A stretch of 24,000 bases of DNA from Gammaproteobacteria bacterium (GTDB lineage Bacteria > Pseudomonadota > Gammaproteobacteria > HTCC5015): the NCBI GenBank assembly GCA_013817245.1, contig JACDDA010000003.1:233039-257038 (forward strand). The letters run 5' to 3'. Made by a program: the position numbers and the translations under genes. This document shows positions 16,564-24,000 of the stretch, piece after piece (within the stretch, counting starts at the first letter, position 1; each line of letters opens with the position of its first letter). The notes beneath the pieces are model-generated. The model did not search any database, was not told the origin of the DNA, and saw only the letters and a list, made by a program, of their open reading frames with translations.

Positions 16564-16762
16564 TTTTATAAAATTTTATTTTGCTGAAAGATCTTTACCA
16601 CAATAATCCAGATCGATACTTTCCCGACGCAGCGGCACATTCACGCATCGCTTTTGGGACGGTGGCAAGGCACCGACCACAATAAACAAACCTTGGCCGG
16701 AACCTCTATCAATTGATACTCTCTAACAGCCCTCAGATGGATTTTTTGATAAGCTGCGCGGC

Positions 16763-17662
16763 ATGAATAAACTGCTCACATGGATACGATCGGAACGCTG
16801 CCAACGCATAGCCCCTTGGATAGTGAGTGGACTATTGATTATGGGCATTGCCAGCCATACCGCCCTACTCACTTGGCACTGGTTTGGCAACGCTGCTGCT
16901 GAACCCGTTATCACCGACCAAAATTTCCCGGTACAAAATAAAGAAACCGCTATGCAGGATGCCAACAACATTGCCGAACAACATTTGTTTGGTGAAAGTG
17001 CGTGGCTTGCAGGTGATTTAAGTGGCGCTCCCGAAACCCAAATGAATTTAGAACTGCGCGGCGTGTTTGCATTTGGCGAAGACAGTGGTTGGGCGTTAAT
17101 CGCGAGCGGCGGCGGAATCGAACAAGTATATGGAATGGGTCAAGTGGTTCCCGGCAACGCTACTTTAAAAGCCGTGTTCCCCGATCGCGTCGTCCTGGAA
17201 AGTGGCCGCGGTCTGGAAACGTTGCTCATGCCCAAAGAAAGTCCTTTGCTGAGTTTTGCAGAAAACTCCAACGATACGGCGAATGCCAATCAAGTTTACA
17301 AACCTGATCCCACTGCTTTGCCGCGCGGAATAGGCCGTTTTGAAGCCTCAGTGAAAAACTATCGCCGCGAATTTATGGCCAACCCGGCTGCGATCGGTGA
17401 ATACGTTGACATTACCGCTTTCAAAGAAAATGAACGCGTCCGTGGTTATCAAGTGAATCCTAAAAAAGATGATCCGGTGTTAAAAGAAATGGGCGTACAA
17501 GCGGGTGATGTGGTCACGGCGGTTAATGGAATTCAATTAGATAACGAACAAAATCGCTATCGCGCTTTACGTGCGATGATGAAAGACCCGAATATTAGCC
17601 TAACGGTAGAACGCGACGGTCAAACACAAGAGCTAAAAAAAGAGATTCCTGCTGATAATTAA
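16763..17662 (+). CDS. gspC: Type II secretion system protein C (TM anchor, HR domain, C-terminal PDZ)
   Basis: N-terminal TM segment APWIVSGLLIMGIASHTALL. HR-domain pattern LELRGVFAF...WALIA...EQVYGMGQVVPGNATLKAVFPDRVVLE. PDZ-like GYQVNP...LKEMGVQAGDVVTAVNG. It sits directly upstream of gspD. Confidence 0.88.
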   Translation: MNKLLTWIRSERCQRIAPWIVSGLLIMGIASHTALLTWHWFGNAAAEPVITDQNFPVQNKETAMQDANNIAEQHLFGESAWLAGDLSGAPETQMNLELRGVFAFGEDSGWALIASGGGIEQVYGMGQVVPGNATLKAVFPDRVVLESGRGLETLLMPKESPLLSFAENSNDTANANQVYKPDPTALPRGIGRFEASVKNYRREFMANPAAIGEYVDITAFKENERVRGYQVNPKKDDPVLKEMGVQAGDVVTAVNGIQLDNEQNRYRALRAMMKDPNISLTVERDGQTQELKKEIPADN

Positions 17663-17754
17663 TTGCCGAGAAAAATCACTTCGTCATAAAACTGCATGGC
17701 GATGTAATTAAACTTCGGCTCATTTTTCTTTTACTATAAAACGATTTGGTACTC

Positions 17755-20340
17755 ATGCGCATAGTCACAAAAAAACTTCTGCTTAGCACCCTTTGTGGGC
17801 TGACCATTTTTGCAACAGGCTTCACGGCGATTGCACAACCCAACACAGAAGAAGTACCTTATGGCAGCAATCCGCCGTCAACGGAAACGCCGCCGGATAT
17901 GCAACAACCGTATATGCCTACACCTGCCATGAACGGTATGCCTGATAGCATGAGCACCAATTCCAGCGCCAATTCAAACGGCAATAACAACAGTCGTTTC
18001 GTACCCAGCCAAATCAACAATCGGAATAATCTCGGCAACAAAACCTCGAACGATGCTAGTAGCGGCGGCGGTGCCACTTTAAATTTAAGCGATGCGGATA
18101 TTCGTGTGTTGATCAACACGGTTTCTGAAATTACCGGCAAGAATTTTATTATCGATCCGCGTGTTAAAGCCAAAATCACCGTCGTCTCATCCAAGCCCAT
18201 GCAAAAAGATGAGTTATACGAAGTGTTTTTATCTATTCTGCAAGTTCATGGCTTCGCTGCCATTCCCAGCAAAAAAGGCTTAATCAAAATTGTTCCAGAT
18301 GCCATTGCTAAGCAAGGCGCTATTCCCACGGTCGATGGCAATCAATATCGTGACTCCGATCAATTAGTCACTCGTGTATTACAGGTACAAAATATTTCGG
18401 CCAATCAATTAATTCCGATTTTACGTCCGCTGATTCCCAATCAAGGTCATCTCGCAGCGTACGCGCCTACCAATGTATTAGTCATTTCAGATCAAGCATC
18501 TAACATTAATCGCATTTTGCATATCATTCGCCAGATCGATCAAGTGAGCAATGCTGATGTTGAAATCATTCGCGTTGAAAATGCAGCAGCGGGTGAAATT
18601 GTACGCATATTAAATTCATTAGCGCAAAAAGATCAAAAAGCAGCGCCCGAATCAGTGCAAACCAGTTTTATTGCAGACGAACGCACCAATAGCATTTTAT
18701 TAACCGGCGACTCCGGTTCACGTAAACGTATTTCTAAATTAATTTCGGAATTAGATGCGCCATTAACGTCAACCGGCAATACCCGCGTATTCTTTTTGAA
18801 ATACGCAGATGCCAAAGAGCTTACAACTATTTTACAAGGTGTATCAGCCAAAACCAGTGATGGCAAAACCGCGCCTGCCGCCGGCAACAAAAGCGATGTC
18901 GACATTCAAGCCGATATCACCAACAACGCTTTAATTATCACTGCGCCTGCTTCATTAATTCGCCAATTTGATTCAGTCATCAAACAACTCGACATCCCGC
19001 GTGCGCAAGTATTAATCGAAGCCATCATCGCTGAAGTGTCAACCGATTTAGCCACTGAATTAGGTTCGCAGTTATTAGTGAATGGTTCAGAAGATGGTCG
19101 CGGGCCAGTCGGCGGTGTGTTATTTAGAGAATCAAATGACATTAGCAGTTGGGTCACCGACACACCGATTGTAAAAGACGGTTTGAATCTCGCTATTGGT
19201 CGCACCGATGTCGCAAATCAATTTGCCTTGGTGTTGCGCGCTTTACAAGGTGATGCCGCCACTAATATTTTATCAACGCCTACCTTAGTTACTTTAGATA
19301 ATGTGGAAGCAGAAATTGTTTTTGGCCAGAACGTGCCGTTTGTAACCGGTAGTTACTCCAACACTGGCGCAAACAACGGTTCTACCAATCCTTTCCAAAC
19401 TATTCAACGTCAAGATGTCGGCTTAACCTTAAAAGTAAAACCGCAAATTAATGAAGGCACCAGTGTTAAATTAAATATTTCACAAGAAGTATCAAACATT
19501 GCGAGCTCTAGCAGCGGCGCCAGCGATATCGTTACGAATAAACGCTCTATTAAAACCGAAGTACTCGTCGATGATGGTCAAATGTTAGTACTGGGCGGCT
19601 TAATTGAAGATCAGTTCACCGACAGTGTACAAAAAGTTCCTTTGCTCGGCAGCATTCCCATCATTGGTCATTTATTTCGTTACACCAAAACACAAAAAGT
19701 AAAACGCAACCTAATGGTATTTATTCGGCCAGTCATTTTAAGCGATAGCGTCCGTGCTAATTATTTCACCCAGAAAAAATATAGTGCTTTTAAAGAACGT
19801 CAAGATCAAGCCAAAATTGGTAAGCGTGGTTTATTACGTGATAGCGCTGCAAAATTACCGCCGATTGATACGTTATTTACACCAATGCCGCCAGCAACAA
19901 CACCGATTGCAGCGCCAGTGGTAATGCCACAGGCAACTCCTGCTATTACACCAGTTACACCCACATCCACTGTGGTTCCCGCCAATGAAACCAGCGGAAC
20001 CAACAACACAACACCTCCTGCTGTAACAGGCGAAGCAGTTTCAACATCTACATCAACTCAGGTGGTTGTAACAGGTGAAGCTGTTCCAGCTTCGACAACA
20101 ACACTTGTCGCGCCTGCTCCAGCACCGGCATCAACACCGGCAAACAGTGAAAATATTTCGCCGACGACTGATAGCACCGATACAAAAAAGACAATGACAG
20201 AAGCCGAAGCCATTGCCGCTGCCGAGCAAGCGTTTGAATTTACTCCCTCCGAAGCGAGTGTAGAAACAAATACACTAACTAACAGTAAGACGCCTGCTAT
20301 TTCCACCTCCAGCAACAGTAATACTGCTACAACACCATGA
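17755..20340 (+). CDS. gspD: Type II secretion system secretin GspD with atypical low-complexity N-terminal linker and C-terminal extension
   Basis: Signal peptide MRIVTKKLLLSTLCGLTIFATGFTAIA. N0 domain LNLSDADIRVLINTVSEITGKNFIIDPRVKAKITV. Secretin core ATNILSTPTLVTLDNVEAEI...VPLLGSIPIIGHLFRYT...NLMVFIRPVIL. ATG 17755 is preferred to TTG 17746. Confidence 0.95.
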   Translation: MRIVTKKLLLSTLCGLTIFATGFTAIAQPNTEEVPYGSNPPSTETPPDMQQPYMPTPAMNGMPDSMSTNSSANSNGNNNSRFVPSQINNRNNLGNKTSNDASSGGGATLNLSDADIRVLINTVSEITGKNFIIDPRVKAKITVVSSKPMQKDELYEVFLSILQVHGFAAIPSKKGLIKIVPDAIAKQGAIPTVDGNQYRDSDQLVTRVLQVQNISANQLIPILRPLIPNQGHLAAYAPTNVLVISDQASNINRILHIIRQIDQVSNADVEIIRVENAAAGEIVRILNSLAQKDQKAAPESVQTSFIADERTNSILLTGDSGSRKRISKLISELDAPLTSTGNTRVFFLKYADAKELTTILQGVSAKTSDGKTAPAAGNKSDVDIQADITNNALIITAPASLIRQFDSVIKQLDIPRAQVLIEAIIAEVSTDLATELGSQLLVNGSEDGRGPVGGVLFRESNDISSWVTDTPIVKDGLNLAIGRTDVANQFALVLRALQGDAATNILSTPTLVTLDNVEAEIVFGQNVPFVTGSYSNTGANNGSTNPFQTIQRQDVGLTLKVKPQINEGTSVKLNISQEVSNIASSSSGASDIVTNKRSIKTEVLVDDGQMLVLGGLIEDQFTDSVQKVPLLGSIPIIGHLFRYTKTQKVKRNLMVFIRPVILSDSVRANYFTQKKYSAFKERQDQAKIGKRGLLRDSAAKLPPIDTLFTPMPPATTPIAAPVVMPQATPAITPVTPTSTVVPANETSGTNNTTPPAVTGEAVSTSTSTQVVVTGEAVPASTTTLVAPAPAPASTPANSENISPTTDSTDTKKTMTEAEAIAAAEQAFEFTPSEASVETNTLTNSKTPAISTSSNSNTATTP
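20023..20112 (+). repeat. Two tandem 45-nt (15-aa) units inside the gspD 3' extension
   Basis: VTGEAVSTSTSTQVV / VTGEAVPASTTTLVA. The 18-nt heads gtaacaggcgaagcagtt (20023-20040) and gtaacaggtgaagctgtt (20068-20085) match at 16/18. The remainder of each unit has diverged. Confidence 0.6.
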
Positions 20341-21896
20341 GCGCGATGAATCCATTGATCGATGGCGACAGTAAAAAAAATCTAGATGTGAACGCGGCCG
20401 TCGATGTTCCAGCCATCATCGCGATTAAACGCCCCGCTTATAGTTTCGCAAAACGCCACGGCATACTGATTGATGAACGACTTCCTAATGGCGTACGCGT
20501 GTTATACAAAAAAATTCCTACGCCGGCGCTAATGGCGGAATTAAATCGCTTTATCGGCGAACCTTTGATTTTCGAAGCCGCAGCAAACAATTTTGATCAA
20601 CTCTTAGCACAACGTTACGATCGCGGCAAAGAAGGTGCGCAAGCCAGTCTTGATGATATGGGCGATGAAATGGATCTCGCACAAATCGCCGAGACCTTAT
20701 CAGAACCCGAAGATTTATTAGAATCGCAAGATGATGCGCCCATCATTCGTTTATTAAATGCCTTGTTATCACAGGCTATTAAAGAAAATGCGTCTGATAT
20801 TCATATCGAAACCTTTGAAACTCGTTTATTGGTACGCATGCGCATTGACGGCGTGTTGCGTGAAATTTTAGAACCACCCCGCAGCTTAGCGCCGTTGATT
20901 ATTTCACGCGTTAAAATTATGGCTAAACTCGATATCGCTGAAAAACGTTTGCCGCAAGATGGTCGCATATCTTTAAAAGTCGGTGGGCGCGCAGTTGATG
21001 TGCGTGTCTCAACACTGCCATCTGGTTATGGTGAACGTGTGGTGATGCGTTTACTGGACAAACAAGCGGGACGTTTAAATCTGATTGATCTCGGCATGGC
21101 CGCAGAAACCTTAGAACGCATTCAACAAATCATTCATAAACCCCACGGCATTTTCTTAGTCACCGGCCCTACGGGTTCAGGAAAAACGACAACGCTTTAT
21201 TCAGCATTAACTCAATTAAATGATTTAACTCGTAATATTTTAACGGTTGAAGATCCTATCGAATATTACTTAGATGGTATTGGTCAAACGCAAGTGAATA
21301 CTAAAGTGGATCTTACCTTTGCGCGTGGCTTGCGTGCGATTTTGCGCCAAGATCCTGATGTAGTGATGGTGGGCGAAATTCGCGATTTGGAAACCGCCGA
21401 AATTTCTGTGCAAGCCAGCTTAACTGGACACATGGTATTTTCGACCTTGCACACTAACACCGCAGTGGGTGCAGTGACGCGTTTACGTGATATGGGCGTA
21501 GAACCTTTTTTATTATCATCAACGCTCATTGGCGTACTCGCTCAACGTTTAGTCCGTACTTTATGCGTGCATTGCAAACAAGCGCATACACCGACAGAAG
21601 CAGAACGTATTTTGCTCGGTATAAACTCAGACCATGCTTTAACTATTTTTAGTGCCCAAGGTTGTCAGCATTGCAGCAATAGCGGCTATAGCGGACGCAT
21701 GGGTATTCATGAATTAGTTTTAATCGACAACACCTTGCAACATATGATTCATGAAGGCGCTGGTGAACACAAATTAGAAAAACATGCGCGCACTCGCACG
21801 CCCAGCATTCGACAAGATGGGATTGCTAAAGTAATGGCGGGGCTCACTTCTATAGAAGAAGTGTTGCGCGTCACCAAAGACGATAACAACGAGTAA
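20337..21896 (+). CDS. gspE: Type II secretion system ATPase GspE
   Basis: ATGA overlap with the gspD stop. N1 domain YSFAKRHGILI, Walker A GPTGSGKTTT, Asp/His boxes, and the tetracysteine CVHCK...CQHCSNSGY. Confidence 0.97.
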   Translation: MSAMNPLIDGDSKKNLDVNAAVDVPAIIAIKRPAYSFAKRHGILIDERLPNGVRVLYKKIPTPALMAELNRFIGEPLIFEAAANNFDQLLAQRYDRGKEGAQASLDDMGDEMDLAQIAETLSEPEDLLESQDDAPIIRLLNALLSQAIKENASDIHIETFETRLLVRMRIDGVLREILEPPRSLAPLIISRVKIMAKLDIAEKRLPQDGRISLKVGGRAVDVRVSTLPSGYGERVVMRLLDKQAGRLNLIDLGMAAETLERIQQIIHKPHGIFLVTGPTGSGKTTTLYSALTQLNDLTRNILTVEDPIEYYLDGIGQTQVNTKVDLTFARGLRAILRQDPDVVMVGEIRDLETAEISVQASLTGHMVFSTLHTNTAVGAVTRLRDMGVEPFLLSSTLIGVLAQRLVRTLCVHCKQAHTPTEAERILLGINSDHALTIFSAQGCQHCSNSGYSGRMGIHELVLIDNTLQHMIHEGAGEHKLEKHARTRTPSIRQDGIAKVMAGLTSIEEVLRVTKDDNNE

Positions 21897-21898
21897 TC

Positions 21899-23125
21899 AT
21901 GCCCGCGTTTGAATATATTGCATTAAATGCTGAAGGTCGCCAACAACACGGCGTGCTCGAAGGCGATAGCGCACGCACAGTGCGCTTTTTATTGCGCGAA
22001 CGTAATTTAACACCGATCTCGGTTAACGAAACCCGCAAAAACAATAAAGCTGATACCGCGCGCAGCGGCAGTGGTTTATTTAATCGTCAAAGCATGAGCA
22101 CGGCGGAATTAGCACTGATCACGCGTCAACTCGCAACGTTGTGTCGTTCAGGTACACCATTAGAAGAAGCGCTGGGCGTGATTGCGCGGCAAACAGAAAA
22201 AAATCGTAGCAAAAGTGTATTGCTCAGTGTTCGTGCCCGCATTCTGGAAGGCCATAGTTTTGCGAATGCTTTAAATGATTATCCCGGCATTTTTCCTGAC
22301 TTGTATCGTTCCAGCATCATGGCGGGTGAACAATCCGGTCATTTGGATACGGTATTAGAACGCTTAGCCGAATACACCGAAGCACGTTTGGCCTTAGTAC
22401 AAGATATTGGCGTTAAATTAATGTATCCGGTATTAATTTGTTTAGTCGCTATCGGTGTGATTATTTTTCTAGTCGCTGGGGTTGTGCCACAAATTGTTGA
22501 AGTGTTTGAACAACAAGACATGGACTTACCCATCATGACGCAAATCTTATTATTCAGCAGCAGCGTGTTGCGCAATTATTGGTGGTTAGGCGTTATCTTA
22601 TTATTTGTCGGCAGCATGACTATTTATTCGCTACTTAAAGTCGAAGCTAATCGCCGCAAATGGCATCACCTATTGTTGCGTTTACCTTTTATAGGAAAAT
22701 TGATTCGCGGTTTAAATGCTGCGCGTTTTGCGCGCACCTTAAGTATGTTGTCATCCAGTGGTGTGCCGATTTTACAAAGTTTACAAATTGCCGCGTCGAC
22801 TATTCGTAATTTGCCGATGCGTGAAGCGATTGAACAAACCGCAGTGAAAGTACGTGAAGGTGGCAGCATTGCGCGCGCTTTAGACAAAACTAATTTATTT
22901 CCACCGATGACGATGCACATGATCGCCAGTGGCGAAGCCAGCGGTCAATTAGAACAGTTACTCGCTAAGGCGGCGGATTATCAAGAACGCGAAACCAAAT
23001 CGATGGTTAATATTTTTGTCGGATTGTTTGAACCGCTGATGATACTCAGCATGGGTTTAGTCGTACTGTTTATTGTATTAGCCGTGTTGTTACCGATTCT
23101 GGATATGAATTCGCTAGTCCAATAA
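21899..23125 (+). CDS. gspF: Type II secretion system inner-membrane platform protein GspF
   Basis: MPAFEYIALNAEGRQQHGVLE start, duplicated GspF domains and three TM segments. It starts 2 nt after the gspE stop. Confidence 0.96.
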   Translation: MPAFEYIALNAEGRQQHGVLEGDSARTVRFLLRERNLTPISVNETRKNNKADTARSGSGLFNRQSMSTAELALITRQLATLCRSGTPLEEALGVIARQTEKNRSKSVLLSVRARILEGHSFANALNDYPGIFPDLYRSSIMAGEQSGHLDTVLERLAEYTEARLALVQDIGVKLMYPVLICLVAIGVIIFLVAGVVPQIVEVFEQQDMDLPIMTQILLFSSSVLRNYWWLGVILLFVGSMTIYSLLKVEANRRKWHHLLLRLPFIGKLIRGLNAARFARTLSMLSSSGVPILQSLQIAASTIRNLPMREAIEQTAVKVREGGSIARALDKTNLFPPMTMHMIASGEASGQLEQLLAKAADYQERETKSMVNIFVGLFEPLMILSMGLVVLFIVLAVLLPILDMNSLVQ

Positions 23126-23142
23126 AAGCTACAATAAACGGT

Positions 23143-23727
23143 TCAATAACGCAGCACTAAACGATATAACCATAACAGCACAAAAAATAGCAACCCGCCG
23201 ATAGCACCGTACAAATGCGCTTCAGTAATTATCGCTCCGCCAATCCATGCACTGGTTGCTGACATCGCGCCTTGTTGATGCTCATAAACTAATTTAGCCA
23301 GCACGCCGACTAACAAAAAGCTATTCGCATAAGGCCGCTGGCGAATGCTGAGTAAAACTCCGCTGATTAATAAACCATGCAAGGCGCCGGATAAACCCAC
23401 ATACCACTGCAAATGCGGCAGCCACCACCACATACCCAGTGAAACTATCAACATACAAAACACTAAACTCGCGAACCAAATGGATGCTTTAGGATTGGGC
23501 ACGTCCTGAATCCATAAGCAGGTGATCAAGACCAAGGCGATACTATTTAATAGAGCATGCCGCCAACCCAAATGTACAAAGTGGCCTGTCAACAAACGCC
23601 AATATTCACCGTCTATAATGGCCGGTCTAGACCAGCACCAAAACTCAAGATCGTGCCATTGGAAACCAATACCCAATAGCAACGTCAGAAGACACAATGC
23701 GCTTATTTGTAAATGTGCTTTTGACAT
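23143..23727 (-). CDS. rrtA: Rhombosortase-like rhomboid-family intramembrane serine protease
   Basis: About 194 aa and polytopic. GEYWRLLTGHFVHLGWRHALLNS (rhombosortase-type TM2 motif), catalytic GLSGALHG, and a second-half His in EAHLYGAIGGL. The start is ambiguous: ATG 23727 (preferred) or GTG 23739. Confidence 0.8.
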   Translation of the reverse strand: MSKAHLQISALCLLTLLLGIGFQWHDLEFWCWSRPAIIDGEYWRLLTGHFVHLGWRHALLNSIALVLITCLWIQDVPNPKASIWFASLVFCMLIVSLGMWWWLPHLQWYVGLSGALHGLLISGVLLSIRQRPYANSFLLVGVLAKLVYEHQQGAMSATSAWIGGAIITEAHLYGAIGGLLFFVLLWLYRLVLRY

Positions 23728-23838
23728 GCGGCAGATCACTCGTTTGACGTAGATAGGTTAAGATAGCAACTTAAATAAACGCTGCGATGCTGATTAAACT
23801 GTTCAGTTCGCGTATTCAACCACAATGGAGATTATTCG

Positions 23839-24000
23839 GTGTCATTTTTTAAATACCAGACCCCTCGCCGCCTTGATGCGGGCTTTACCTTAATTGAAAT
23901 CATGGTGGTAGTAATGATCATTGGTTTAATGGCTGCAGTGGTTGTGCCCAAATTAATGAATCGGCCTGATCAAGCGCGTCTCACCAAAGCCAAAGTAGAT
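23839..24000 (+). CDS. gspG: Type II secretion major pseudopilin GspG, 5' part (continues beyond the window)
   Basis: Not in the ORF track. GTG 23839 is preceded by GGAG (23827-23830). It translates to VSFFKYQTPRRLDAG/FTLIEIMVVVMIIGLMAAVVVPKLMNRPDQARLTKAKVD, giving a prepilin peptidase site G/FTLIE and the GspG-type N-terminal helix. The frame is open to base 24000. Confidence 0.9.
   Translation, partial: MSFFKYQTPRRLDAGFTLIEIMVVVMIIGLMAAVVVPKLMNRPDQARLTKAKVD

Noticed and set aside
17859-20315. Antisense ORFs within gspD (17859-18200, 18633-18905, 18906-19205, 19806-20009, 20058-20315)
   Set aside because: They are shadow ORFs of the secretin gene. The last two simply mirror the Thr/Pro/Ala-rich extension (Gly/Val/Ala-rich in reverse).

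Overview
This looks like a chromosomal segment from a moderately AT-rich gammaproteobacterium: the tRNAs are E. coli-like and a gsp type II secretion locus with a rhombosortase is present. I cannot name the species from the sequence alone. Left third (1-7420) is housekeeping: the 3' end of an amidohydrolase, a small orphan protein, beta-carbonic anhydrase, leuA preceded by a possible Leu-rich leader peptide, a GFA-family protein, an M23 peptidase, crcB, tRNA-Glu(UUC) and tRNA-Ala(GGC) with a textbook promoter and terminator, and gltX. Middle (7581-16563) holds two accessory-looking operons. (i) A three-gene eukaryotic-like signalling operon: a PP2C phosphatase, a 1391-aa bitopic Hanks kinase and a small bitopic protein. 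The kinase has a non-RD catalytic loop, a roughly 720-aa Cys-free TPR-like extracytoplasmic region and a Cys-containing C-terminal FGE-sulfatase-like domain. (ii) A tightly packed four-gene operon: a membrane fatty-acid-hydroxylase/sterol-desaturase family protein, an ArsS-like radical SAM/Cys-rich protein, a GT2 transferase and a DUF2064 (CofC/MobA-like) transferase. It has no arsenic or selenium genes nearby, so its product is unassigned. Right third (16763-24000) is a T2SS locus, gspC-gspD-gspE-gspF and the start of gspG (absent from the ORF track, GTG start). It is unusual in two ways: a rhombosortase-like rhomboid protease sits on the opposite strand between gspF and gspG, and the GspD secretin carries long low-complexity N- and C-terminal extensions. 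I saw no CRISPR array, IS element, integrase, rRNA or obvious prophage or defence genes. All functional calls come from reading motifs by eye. No database search was run.
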